The position numbers were made by a program, and so were the translations under genes. From IMG/VR virus record IMGVR_UViG_3300012009_000259: a stretch of 64,000 nt of DNA, one strand, 5' to 3'. This stretch comes from an uncultured virus (IMG/VR IMGVR_UViG_3300012009_000259) (lineage: Duplodnaviria > Heunggongvirae > Uroviricota > Caudoviricetes). The notes below the pieces were generated by a model. That model had not been told where the DNA came from. It ran no database searches and saw only the letters and a list, made by a program, of their open reading frames with translations. The stretch's first letter is position 1; the number at the start of each line of letters is the position of its first letter. Positions 27,363 through 36,681 of this stretch are shown piece after piece.

Positions 27363-28742
27363 GTGGCTATATTGACAAAAGAAGTCTTATGTAGCATTTC
27401 GGGAGTAGGGCCAGCCACGGCCCAAAAGGTCATGGAGAAGTCCAACTCGAAGCCTTTGACAGAAGAAGTTCTGACAGAGATTCGCGGCGTCGGTTCTTCT
27501 TTGGCAAGAGCGATTATGGAAAAAGAGCAAGAGTTGAGTGCGCAGGATTCCTATGACTCTTTGCGACCCGACAAGGACAAGATTGAGAGGTTCAAAGAGG
27601 TTATCTCTGCTTACCTGAACATCCTCACCGACTACTGGATGAGTAACGGGAAAACGGTAGGGATTAGAAACCTTATTTTGAGGCAGGGGATGGGGGAGTA
27701 TTTTGATGATTCGGACATTACCGCCCATGATCGAAGAACCCCCCTAACCGCTATCGCAAAGGTGGCGCATATAGCAAGAGGTATGGGGCTGTACCTTATG
27801 CAGATGGACATAACCTCAATTGTCGCAGGGGGATTTATCGCGGTAGGCGAGAAATCGGTACAAGTAGTGATAACACGGGATGCAGACGTGAGTAACGAGC
27901 TAAGAGATGCCCTATTAGGGTATTCTCAGGCGAAAGCGCCGCAAGGCGCAGAAAACCCCATCGTTGTTGTGGCAGGAATGCCTGCTCCATCAAATAAAGA
28001 AATACCTGTCCCAATGCGAGTATCTATCGGCAGGGGGCACATGATAGAGCGCGGAGAAGTGATGGCGCACGGGCAACGGACTGGAAGCAAGCCTCGGCCA
28101 GTTATCGGTATTCGATTTAACTACGTAGTATCCCCTGATTATGTATTCAGGGGGGTGCCCAAGAACATCGTTGATAAACTGGTAGAAGCCTCAATGAATA
28201 GCCGAAGAATCCTTTTTGTGGGGCCAAGTGGCTCTGGAAAAACGACTGTCATGCAGGCCGTGCTCAAGCTCGCTTCCCTCAAAAACGAGTTGGCGAAGTT
28301 CTTCATTGTGGGAAGGTTTATCGAGGCGCTGGCCCTTGAGAAGTCCTGGAAGATGATTGGGCTTCCCGAAGACGGTACGGTGGCTACCTTGCCGTTGTCA
28401 GTGCAAATGACGCAGCGGCAGTTCGGAGGAGGCTTGGACAGTATGCGGGTGTTAACTGCACAGGGGCCAACTCGCCTTAATCCAGATGGAATCATTATCG
28501 ACGAGATTCTGGAGGAGGGCGACCTCAACATCCTGGCCCTGGCGGTTACATCAGGTGTAGGAACAATGGCAACAATCCACGGGCGAGGAACCGACCCGAA
28601 GGCGTATGTTAACCGACTGAGGGCTATTTCGCCAGACCTGCCAGTCCCTCACGAGACATTTGCCGACATAGTAGTTGGTGTAGATAAACGACTCATTTCA
28701 CATATCAGTGGTGAAATCGAGTGGAGAAGAGGGGGGGCCTGA
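27363..28742 (+). CDS. tadA: TadA/CpaF (VirB11-family) secretion ATPase with tandem N-terminal helix-hairpin-helix motifs
   Basis: GTG after AAGGAGG; LCSISGVGPATAQKV and LTEIRGVGSSLARAI; Walker A GPSGSGKTT; PDGIIIDE; His box ATIHG. Confidence 0.8.
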   Translation: MAILTKEVLCSISGVGPATAQKVMEKSNSKPLTEEVLTEIRGVGSSLARAIMEKEQELSAQDSYDSLRPDKDKIERFKEVISAYLNILTDYWMSNGKTVGIRNLILRQGMGEYFDDSDITAHDRRTPLTAIAKVAHIARGMGLYLMQMDITSIVAGGFIAVGEKSVQVVITRDADVSNELRDALLGYSQAKAPQGAENPIVVVAGMPAPSNKEIPVPMRVSIGRGHMIERGEVMAHGQRTGSKPRPVIGIRFNYVVSPDYVFRGVPKNIVDKLVEASMNSRRILFVGPSGSGKTTVMQAVLKLASLKNELAKFFIVGRFIEALALEKSWKMIGLPEDGTVATLPLSVQMTQRQFGGGLDSMRVLTAQGPTRLNPDGIIIDEILEEGDLNILALAVTSGVGTMATIHGRGTDPKAYVNRLRAISPDLPVPHETFADIVVGVDKRLISHISGEIEWRRGGA

Positions 28743-29488
28743 TGGGGACTATTGCTTTAGCACTCGTTTTTGTAGTCTTCACAACAGCAGTCCTCATAGC
28801 CTTCCAACGTTGGAGGGAGAAGGCCAGGGCCAGGAAAAAGATTAAAGAGGCCCGCGATGGAAAAGAGGAAAGGGAGTATGACGAGGGTGAATCTTGGACG
28901 GCTGGCGCATGGTCGATCTTAAGCGTAGCCATATTTGTCGTAAGTGCCCTCGTAGGGTTCCTGTCGGGGCGTATTTGGTTTTTGGTAGCATCGCTTCTTC
29001 TGGCTCTCACCAGACTGCGTGCTGGAAAAGCACAAACTAGACTTAACATTCTGCTCGCCGCAAAGAAAGCCCAAAGCAGAGTTAATGCAACCAGGGCTGC
29101 TTTGGCTGCTTCCACGAATGACCCAAGAAGGATGTTGGACTCCTTAGACCGCCTCGAAGAGGGGGTTGAAGAAGAGGGGGTTAAGAACCTGTGCAAGGCC
29201 TTCAAAGAATCCTTCCCTGATTCTGTCAGTAAGGATTGGGTCGATGCCGTCCAAAATGCTCTGAGGGCAAAGTATAAAATGCTTCAGGGTAGGGGGTTAA
29301 TTGGAGACATCGTTAAGGCTCGGTGGGGCGAAGCCTTATTTGTGTCCGCGATAGGGTTCGTCGCCATTTGGGTGCTTGTCTTGGCTGCGGGTAAATACAT
29401 TACCCCAGGGGCAGAGGGTATGTATATAGTATTGCAAGCATTCGTCGCGGTTATCTATACTCTGCTCGACGAGATGAGCAACGTATAG
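28742..29488 (+). CDS. TadB-like inner-membrane platform protein
   Basis: Multi-TM topology; directly after the ATPase. Confidence 0.55.
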   Translation: MGTIALALVFVVFTTAVLIAFQRWREKARARKKIKEARDGKEEREYDEGESWTAGAWSILSVAIFVVSALVGFLSGRIWFLVASLLLALTRLRAGKAQTRLNILLAAKKAQSRVNATRAALAASTNDPRRMLDSLDRLEEGVEEEGVKNLCKAFKESFPDSVSKDWVDAVQNALRAKYKMLQGRGLIGDIVKARWGEALFVSAIGFVAIWVLVLAAGKYITPGAEGMYIVLQAFVAVIYTLLDEMSNV

Positions 29489-29500
29489 GGGGGGGAGAAA

Positions 29501-30295
29501 ATGGTAACTATTTTTGTCTTAGTATTGTTGGTTTCGGCGCTAGTTGTTCTAATGGTGCGAAAGCGGCATAAAAGGAAACAACGTGAGCAGGTAATTGCTA
29601 AACTCAAAGAGGAGTCTCAGCAAGTATACCTGATTAGGGCCAAAGACATCATCCCCTCGTTACCCTCTCGACTAATAGACCACCCAGAGAATACTAACCT
29701 AATCTTTGCCGTACTTGGGGTGTTGTTTTTCTACATCTATTTCGTCATCTTGATCGGCTTCCCGCCGATCACCGCAGTTGTTGGCCTAGTTGGCGCTCTC
29801 ATTCCTTCGTACCTCAGGAGCGTGTGGATTAAGATATTGGACATCAAGGCGCACTACGAGTCGTTGGAAATGCTCAATGACATGTCTGGGCTTTTGAACA
29901 GCCCAAACGTTACCCAGGAATGGCTTATGGAGAGGGCGCAGGAATTGGCACAGAGCGAGTGGGTAGCTGAGTGTTTCGAGAGATCAGCTAAGGGGCAAGA
30001 GATTAGATTCCCCAATCTCGAACGGGTGACAGGTGTATGGGCCAGTATCGCCCACGCAATGAGGGCAGGTGGTGAGAGATACGTTCAGACAGGGCGCGGA
30101 ATCTCGTCTGCATTAGTCATCCAGGTCTCAGACGTAACTTCTCAGGTTAAGGAGATTGAGGAAGTTACAAGCGTCTTGGTAGCACTGTCCAACGCTGTGT
30201 TGCCAGGGGCCATCGGCATCGGAATGATAACCATTCTGATGAGCCTACTCAGGGGCACGGGCAAGGCTGGCCCACTGATAAACAACGTAAGGTAG
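29501..30295 (+). CDS. TadC-like inner-membrane platform protein
   Basis: TM, GALIPSYL motif, C-terminal TM with VLP. Confidence 0.6.
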   Translation: MVTIFVLVLLVSALVVLMVRKRHKRKQREQVIAKLKEESQQVYLIRAKDIIPSLPSRLIDHPENTNLIFAVLGVLFFYIYFVILIGFPPITAVVGLVGALIPSYLRSVWIKILDIKAHYESLEMLNDMSGLLNSPNVTQEWLMERAQELAQSEWVAECFERSAKGQEIRFPNLERVTGVWASIAHAMRAGGERYVQTGRGISSALVIQVSDVTSQVKEIEEVTSVLVALSNAVLPGAIGIGMITILMSLLRGTGKAGPLINNVR

Positions 30296-30302
30296 TTTAC
30301 AA

Positions 30303-31478
30303 ATGAGACAGACGATACGCATAGCGGCGTTGTTATCCATACTTGCATCAATGTTCGTAGGGGGCGACGCCCTAGCTCAGGAGGGTAGTATTCAAAACCC
30401 AGGTTTCGAGCACCCCTACCATCAAGTTGCCATGTCGCGCCTTGACCCTGGCGGGTGGATTGTAAGGCAACTGCCAGGGCAGCACGGCATGGAGACACGG
30501 CCTGCTATGTCGATATACGATAACAGAATTAGGTCGGGGGAGACTGCGCTACAGCTTTTTAACGTACATGCCCCGCTAAACGCTGTTGTATATCAACCCC
30601 TAACAGTATCAGGGGGGTTGTCCAAGAAGGTGACCTTCTCTATCCACTTTCATGGGTGGTGGTGGGGAGGCGGCGACCCCGAATGGTCAGGGGGGTATCC
30701 AATCTCAGAAGATGAGGTTTCACGCGGTAAAGTACTCATACTAGACCGTGAGCCTAGCCCTGCTGTGGACTGTCCACAAGGGAGTGGTGTCCCACAGCAG
30801 GACACTTGGAGAAAGATTGAGAGCACGCGCACATTCCCCCCAGGTACTCGTATTTGGGTAGGCGTTTGCCTCAACTCTCCAATGGGGCAAACCAACGACT
30901 TCTACGTGGACGATGCCGCCATTAACATCGTCGCTGACTTCTCTCCTACACCGATTCCTGAAGTCACCGTTCCATACGACCTCGTTCCTACTGCAACTCT
31001 TACTCCTACTCCTACACCTGAGACACCAACTCCTACCACTACGCCCTCCCCAACTGAAGCCTACCCTATCGGTGATGTGCCCACAACTCCTACACCTTCT
31101 TCTACTACTCTCCCTCCTGGCACACCTACTATTGACGACCTCTCCGACAACTACCAGGAAGACGACAACGAGGACACCACGCCTCAACCACTACCAACTC
31201 ACATCGGCAACTCTCCTTCTTCTACTACTGCCACCTCTTCCAGCATCGTCGGGCCTTATAACCCCAATGTCTCGGTTCCAGGAGGCAGGGTGTGCGGTGA
31301 AAGTTTTAGTTGTAATGGCGCACCGTATAATGATCTGGAACAGCAAAGAGAAATGGGCAGACTCTTTGTTTACGAACAGGCCGAGACCCACCGCAGGGGG
31401 GTAGCCAAAGTAGTATTGCCTATCTTATTGACCTTGCTGCTGGTAGGCTTTGTATATATCCAACAGCGCAAATACTAA
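30303..31478 (+). CDS. secreted, C-terminally anchored CBM-like protein with a long PT linker
   Basis: Signal ALA-Q, IQNPGFE...DFYVDDA, C-terminal TM with basic tail. Confidence 0.75.
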   Translation: MRQTIRIAALLSILASMFVGGDALAQEGSIQNPGFEHPYHQVAMSRLDPGGWIVRQLPGQHGMETRPAMSIYDNRIRSGETALQLFNVHAPLNAVVYQPLTVSGGLSKKVTFSIHFHGWWWGGGDPEWSGGYPISEDEVSRGKVLILDREPSPAVDCPQGSGVPQQDTWRKIESTRTFPPGTRIWVGVCLNSPMGQTNDFYVDDAAINIVADFSPTPIPEVTVPYDLVPTATLTPTPTPETPTPTTTPSPTEAYPIGDVPTTPTPSSTTLPPGTPTIDDLSDNYQEDDNEDTTPQPLPTHIGNSPSSTTATSSSIVGPYNPNVSVPGGRVCGESFSCNGAPYNDLEQQREMGRLFVYEQAETHRRGVAKVVLPILLTLLLVGFVYIQQRKY

Positions 31479-31498
31479 CCTTTTAAGGAGGTAGTAGA

Positions 31499-31780
31499 AT
31501 GTTCGATTTTCTTTTTAATCGTGGGTTGAAGGGCGCAGATGTCGTCTCGGAAAACACCGAGCGCCTCGTTATCGCCGTCATGATTTTGGTCGTGATCGCG
31601 GCCCTGGCGCTCCTGATCGGCACTGGCTTGGACGGATCGGCGTCGTTCTTGGGCACGACTGAGAATGGCATTACCGACGTAGCCATCGGAGGCAACTCCA
31701 TCGGTGGGTTCACCAACCCGTTCAACACCGGTGACAACGTACTGGCAAACGCTTACGGGGCCATCTTCCCACAACCATAA
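31499..31780 (+). CDS. putative major Flp pilin
   Basis: TAAGGAGG RBS; NRGLKG leader and hydrophobic helix; C-ending codon bias; followed by a terminator. Confidence 0.65.
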   Translation: MFDFLFNRGLKGADVVSENTERLVIAVMILVVIAALALLIGTGLDGSASFLGTTENGITDVAIGGNSIGGFTNPFNTGDNVLANAYGAIFPQP

Positions 31781-31798
31781 TAAGCAACATAGCAACAC

Positions 31799-31829
31799 AG
31801 AGGCGAGGAAAACCCTCGCCTCTTTTTTT
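31799..31829 (+). terminator. rho-independent terminator
   Basis: AGAGGCGAGG-AAAAC-CCTCGCCTCT followed by a T run. Confidence 0.85.
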
Positions 31830-31938
31830 GTCTTGGTAAGCGAGAAAAAAGCATTTTTCCAGCAAGCGTATAATAAGACTACAAGGGTAGGGGGGCAGCC
31901 CACAGAGCAAAAACCACCACACCCCTTCTGCCATTTTA

Positions 31939-31967
31939 ACACCCACGAATACAAGCACACGTATAAT
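31939..31967 (+). promoter_or_regulatory. element-type promoter ACACCC-N17-TATAAT
   Basis: Exact motif upstream of the helicase gene. Confidence 0.75.
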
Positions 31968-32027
31968 AATATCACGAGGGATGACTGGCTCTCGCTAAAA
32001 AATTATTTATCTAATTATGAGGGAGGC

Positions 32028-33608
32028 ATGGTGCTCAGGATAGGGGATTCAACCACATCGTTTATGTATGCCATTAAAGAGGGAGAGATATATCCAGAGA
32101 GGGGGACAAAAAAGTGGGACGGAATACTTGAGGAAATCGTAGCAGGAAGCACAGTTCAAGAGCGAATTGATTTATTTCGAGAGTTCAATATCATAGAGTC
32201 GGCAAAAGAGCAGGTCTTACGTTCCTTCAAGGGCGAAACTAGAGTAATCCCCCGCGCAATGAAACTACAGCTCAATCAATGTCCCCTATCCGACGCTGGG
32301 AATGCAGAGGCATTCATACGCCTATACGGGGATAGAGTGAGATATGATCATCGTGAAGGTATATGGATGATCTACAAAGGGGGGACTTGGCGCGAAGATA
32401 AGAGCGGTGAAATAAGGCGACTGGGTTTGAAGGCCATAAGATTTAGGCAACAAGCAGCATCTGAAGCACCAACCCAGGAAGAGCAACAGCGGATATATAA
32501 GTACACCATTCGCAGCGAGAACTCTGCCAATACAAACAACATGCTGCGGATGTTGAAGAACATGGCCCCCATCGCAGAGGTGGGGGATTCCTGGAACAGA
32601 CATAAGCATCTGTTGGGTACTCCAAACGGTGTGCTTAACCTGGGGACTGGTGAGGTCAGCAAAGAGGGCATGGCTCCCTACGGGGTCACGTTGCAAACAG
32701 CAGTTACTTACGATAGAGAGGCTGACCGTTCCAACTGGATGCGATTCTTAAACGAGGTCTTTAATGGAGACCAAGAACTCATTGAGTATCTACAACTCGC
32801 TTTAGGCTACTCTCTCACGGGAGAAACAGGCGAGCAAGTGCTATTCGCTGCCGTTGGCGGGGGAGCTAACGGAAAATCTACACTTATGAATGCGGTATCC
32901 AGAGTACTTCAAGACTACTCTGCTTGGACTGATATGAACACTTTCTATCAAGGTAGGCAGGGGCCTCGTCACGATCTAGCGAGGTTAGAGCATAAACGTC
33001 TTGTAGCCTCATCAGAGCATACGGCTTCGAATGTCCTCGATGAAGGCAATCTCAAGCGCCTTGTAGGGCAAGACCGCATTGCGTGTCGTCATCTGTATCA
33101 AGAGATTTTTGAGTATATGCCACAATTTGCTATCTGGCTGCTCTTGAATGTTCTCCCCAAGACGCGGGATGTGAGTCATGCGTTCTGGCGGAGGATTCAG
33201 GTCATCCCTTTTTCACGTACTTTCAGGGGAGATGAGATTGACCCACGTATTGCGAACACATTTGAGCCCAACGGCATCCTGGCTTGGATAGTCGAGGGGG
33301 CTATTCGTTATTACAACGGAGAACGTCTACAAGAGACAGGGAAGATGAAAGAGGCCAAGGAAGTCTGGAAGAAGGCCAGCGACCACTTCAACACATTCAT
33401 CGACGAGATGGTCGTTAAAGACGCAAAGAGCTCGATTAGGGCATTAGACCTTCGCAGGGCCTACTATGATTGGTGTGGGGCGAGTGTTACAAGCCCCCTA
33501 TCCCCCAACGTCATCGGGAAGCGAATGAAGCAATCTATGGGGATAGAGATTGCCCACAACTCAGATGGGGCAGCCATCTATAAAGGCGTTCGCCTCATCG
33601 ACTACTAG
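32028..33608 (+). CDS. phage/plasmid P4/D5-family SF3 helicase (D5_N + ATPase), no obvious primase domain
   Basis: SDAGNAEAF, LLGTPNGVLNL, Walker A GGGANGKST, AFWRRIQVIPF; ATG after GGGAGG. Confidence 0.9.
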   Translation: MVLRIGDSTTSFMYAIKEGEIYPERGTKKWDGILEEIVAGSTVQERIDLFREFNIIESAKEQVLRSFKGETRVIPRAMKLQLNQCPLSDAGNAEAFIRLYGDRVRYDHREGIWMIYKGGTWREDKSGEIRRLGLKAIRFRQQAASEAPTQEEQQRIYKYTIRSENSANTNNMLRMLKNMAPIAEVGDSWNRHKHLLGTPNGVLNLGTGEVSKEGMAPYGVTLQTAVTYDREADRSNWMRFLNEVFNGDQELIEYLQLALGYSLTGETGEQVLFAAVGGGANGKSTLMNAVSRVLQDYSAWTDMNTFYQGRQGPRHDLARLEHKRLVASSEHTASNVLDEGNLKRLVGQDRIACRHLYQEIFEYMPQFAIWLLLNVLPKTRDVSHAFWRRIQVIPFSRTFRGDEIDPRIANTFEPNGILAWIVEGAIRYYNGERLQETGKMKEAKEVWKKASDHFNTFIDEMVVKDAKSSIRALDLRRAYYDWCGASVTSPLSPNVIGKRMKQSMGIEIAHNSDGAAIYKGVRLIDY

Positions 33609-33619
33609 TCACCATGAGG

Positions 33620-33644
33620 AGGGGTAGCCCAGTCAGCTACCCCT
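33620..33644 (+). terminator. hairpin terminator
   Basis: AGGGGTAGC-CCAGTCA-GCTACCCCT followed by TTCC. Confidence 0.6.
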
Positions 33645-33665
33645 TTCCTCCTTTACTATTTAGGG

Positions 33666-34121
33666 GTGAGTATGATCTTCTATCAGGATGCAGTATACGA
33701 ATACTTCCTAGACGAAAAGATGGCAGAGGTCATGCTTGACTCTCTGAGGTCTGAAGACAGGACGTGCGTCAGGGGGGAGAAAAAAATCCATATCCCCTAT
33801 ATGCCAGAAGCAGAAGTGGTAGATAAGAAGGTGCGCCTGAGAGGGGGGCACCTAGTAGTCTCCTTATCTGTTGTAAACGATGGAGATGGGAAAAGCACCT
33901 TTTCAACCGAGATCAAGATACCTCCCAAGGTGCGGCCTCTTTTCTTTGATGCCTTCCCTATTTTTGCGAAGGGGCTAAAAACACTATCCTTGGGATACCC
34001 TCTTCTTGAGAAGATGTCAAAAAAACAGATAGAAATGGAGATAAACAGTTTCCTAGTCGCTTATTACAGAAGCCTCTCAAGAGGTATCCTAAAGAGGGTT
34101 CTTAGAGAAACTACTCCGTAG
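33666..34121 (+). CDS. hypothetical protein
   Basis: 151-aa ORF. Confidence 0.6.
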   Translation: MSMIFYQDAVYEYFLDEKMAEVMLDSLRSEDRTCVRGEKKIHIPYMPEAEVVDKKVRLRGGHLVVSLSVVNDGDGKSTFSTEIKIPPKVRPLFFDAFPIFAKGLKTLSLGYPLLEKMSKKQIEMEINSFLVAYYRSLSRGILKRVLRETTP

Positions 34122-35067
34122 GTAGAGCAACGCTAAAAGCGTCAATCTCAAGTAGGCCACTCTGATTGACGCCATCAGAGAACACAGCCAAGGCGAAACC
34201 GTCCGATGTGGTAATGTTACCCAATAGAGCCACCTCTACTTGATTCACAAAGATCGCAACAGAATCCCCTTTTTGAAGCACCTCTATTCTTTGCCAACTC
34301 TTAGGGCTATCTGACAGGTGACGCCAACCCCAGACAGGATATACCTTATCCTCCCTTATGTCGTACAGGTTGTACATAAGGTGATCACCTATCTGCGTAA
34401 AGGCGATGAAATACATCCTTGCGCCATAATAGTCCGCAGTTACCCTAGGCATAGGAGTTGTACCTTCTTTGGGCGTAGGGGTCTCTGTTGGCGTAGGTAC
34501 TGGGTCATCATCTTCATTGGGATCGTACTCGAAGGCAAGCCCCCAGGAGAGAAGTGGTGTATGGTCTACTAGACGCCCAACAATGCTAATACGCTTGTTC
34601 ATCATCTCCCTTTCATGGGGAGAAATCCAGTGATAGAACAAGCGAGGTGACTTACTGAATATATCCCAACGGTACACCCCTTCGCTTAGCCCTAGTTGCA
34701 TAAGCATGGTCTCAGATTCGTAACTTCCCCAAGGGAAGAGGTCTCGTTGCTGAATGAATCTTTCATCTATTAGATTGGGGCAGTTCTCTGGGGCATATCG
34801 GAGGTCGCACTGATAGAACTCTGGCTTTGGCGTCGGTGACGGTGTTTGGGTTGGGGTAGGCGTTAGGGTGGGTAAGGTGTGTGGCGTAGGGGTGTGATAA
34901 TCCTCATGCAGCGAGAGGGATACTTGGTCGCTAATAGGGGTAGTGGTTGGAGAAAGCACCTCGTGAGGAAGAACGCTATGCAGGTCTGACCTGTCTGCGT
35001 GCAGGGCGTCTAAAGCGACAGCGAGGAAAAGGGCCAATATCAGTACATATATGCGGTTATGCTTCAT
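34111..35067 (-). CDS. secreted PT-linker protein with a ConA/LamG-like beta-sandwich
   Basis: Signal peptide, TPTP linkers, WQRIEVLQKGDSVAIFVNQVEV. Confidence 0.65.
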   Translation of the reverse strand: MKHNRIYVLILALFLAVALDALHADRSDLHSVLPHEVLSPTTTPISDQVSLSLHEDYHTPTPHTLPTLTPTPTQTPSPTPKPEFYQCDLRYAPENCPNLIDERFIQQRDLFPWGSYESETMLMQLGLSEGVYRWDIFSKSPRLFYHWISPHEREMMNKRISIVGRLVDHTPLLSWGLAFEYDPNEDDDPVPTPTETPTPKEGTTPMPRVTADYYGARMYFIAFTQIGDHLMYNLYDIREDKVYPVWGWRHLSDSPKSWQRIEVLQKGDSVAIFVNQVEVALLGNITTSDGFALAVFSDGVNQSGLLEIDAFSVALPTE

Positions 35068-35501
35068 AGCCCCCCAAACATATCCGTCAGCTCCTCAGAG
35101 GTTACGGAGCCACCTTCATCGCCTTTCGTGTTCTCGCTGCCGCTCTCCAAAGGTATAGATTCCCCTGGAGAGACTATCCAATGTGCTCTATTGTTACCGT
35201 ATGGGGTCGCCTGGTTAAATACTCCAGGTGCGTAACATCTACCAGAGAGTAGCAGTTCTGTCTGCACCTCTACAAAATCCTGGCTTCCTCCCCCTATCAT
35301 CTTCAGGTCGTGGTCGTGAACAGCACCTTCAGGTAGGATAAGCAGTTGCACTTGAGAAAGCTCTACCCTTCCTCGAACAATGTCGTCGATACAGGCATAC
35401 ACTGGTGGTATACCGATTAGTACATCATCCGGTGAAGCATTATGGAAGGGAACCGAGTTGTTGACTTTCTCCATAAAATCTTCTAGAATCTTATCAACCA
35501 T
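35064..35501 (-). CDS. hypothetical protein
   Basis: 145 aa, operonic. Confidence 0.6.
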   Translation of the reverse strand: MVDKILEDFMEKVNNSVPFHNASPDDVLIGIPPVYACIDDIVRGRVELSQVQLLILPEGAVHDHDLKMIGGGSQDFVEVQTELLLSGRCYAPGVFNQATPYGNNRAHWIVSPGESIPLESGSENTKGDEGGSVTSEELTDMFGGL

Positions 35502-35503
35502 AT

Positions 35504-35920
35504 CTATTGCCTTTCCTGCATAAGGGCCACTAACGCAACCCCCATAAGTGAGTAGTTGAATTCCTCATAACCGTTATGCTCCTCTACGCTTGCAATCACT
35601 TCACCTTCGCCGAAGATACTACCCTGGCGCATAGTGTATAGGGTCTTACCACCGATCTCTTCAACGCGGGATCGGGGAGCCCCCTTTGATACCCAAACCC
35701 TAATCTGTGGCAGGCCACCCTCAGAAGGCCAAACATTAAACCCCCACTCATCTCCAAAAGAGAAAAGGGCCGCCTTTTTTGAGGTGAATGTCATCCCCAC
35801 CTCTTCTCCCTCTTTATCCTTTAGGACGCACTTCTCGCCTACTACTTCAATATAACCTAATGTATCCCCGCCTGAGAAAACTGCTATCCCATCGGGTGTG
35901 TCAAACAGGCTATACTGCAT
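35504..35920 (-). CDS. hypothetical protein
   Basis: 138 aa; CAACCC-N17-TATAAT at 35959-35987 (minus strand). Confidence 0.65.
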   Translation of the reverse strand: MQYSLFDTPDGIAVFSGGDTLGYIEVVGEKCVLKDKEGEEVGMTFTSKKAALFSFGDEWGFNVWPSEGGLPQIRVWVSKGAPRSRVEEIGGKTLYTMRQGSIFGEGEVIASVEEHNGYEEFNYSLMGVALVALMQERQ

Positions 35921-36033
35921 AATGCCCCCTCGCTTGTGCTATACTATGTGTATGACCTATTATACTACGTGTACATACCGTGGGTTGCGTCTTGGTGCTG
36001 CATAATGCTCTATAGCGAGAAAGGGGGGAGACT

Positions 36034-36681
36034 GTGATTATCTTTGATACGAAAGCATGGCTATCGAAACATGTGCAACCAAACTCCCACATCGGAATTT
36101 TAACGGCCTTTTTTACCGCTAAGGGTTGGGCCTCCGTACTTGATGTTTTAGAGGTGTTATCTTCTGAGAGTGGAGGGTCTTGCTGCATAGTCGTAGGTAT
36201 GCAAATTGGTGCTTCGGGAAATCTAGCTAGCGTTGCCAAATCTATAAGCGAAGAGGATGCCGAAGGCGTTAAACGCACGATAGTAAAGAGCCTGATGCAG
36301 CATCGTACATCCAAGGCCAATAAGAAACGAATGTTAGAGATGGTCGGGGAGACTGTTGCTATACGAGTAGCAGAAAGAAGTAGCCATGCGAAGGTCTTCT
36401 TTGTGGAAAATGGCAGAAAGAGACACGCTCTGATAGGTAGTAGCAACTTTACTGCTACCGGCCTTTCTCCATCTGGGCAAGCAGAAGTATGCGTGGAACT
36501 AAACCCGCTTGACGCACATCGGGCCACTATGATTTTTGAGAGAGAGTGGGGGAAAGCGTTGCCGGTAACAAATAACGTAAGGCAATTCTTAGGAGGGCAA
36601 GGAGGAGCACGGTCGTTGTATACTAAGAGTAGATGGTTTACAGGTGTTGACAACGTGCTTGAGAGGGTGCTGAATGAGTAA
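36034..36681 (+). CDS. phospholipase D-superfamily nuclease (single HxK motif, restriction-endonuclease PLD type)
   Basis: HAKVFFVE...ALIGSSNFTATGL...E. Confidence 0.8.
   Translation: MIIFDTKAWLSKHVQPNSHIGILTAFFTAKGWASVLDVLEVLSSESGGSCCIVVGMQIGASGNLASVAKSISEEDAEGVKRTIVKSLMQHRTSKANKKRMLEMVGETVAIRVAERSSHAKVFFVENGRKRHALIGSSNFTATGLSPSGQAEVCVELNPLDAHRATMIFEREWGKALPVTNNVRQFLGGQGGARSLYTKSRWFTGVDNVLERVLNE

Noticed and set aside
30985..31245. Low-complexity ACTCCT/CCTACA repeats (also ~15205-15280, 26920-26975, 34830-34900, 53030-53140)
   Set aside because: They encode Pro/Thr linkers of secreted proteins and are not independent DNA repeats.
31704..32027. N-terminal extension of the helicase in the ORF track
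   Set aside because: It overlaps the pilin gene, a terminator and a promoter; the RBS-supported start is ATG 32028.
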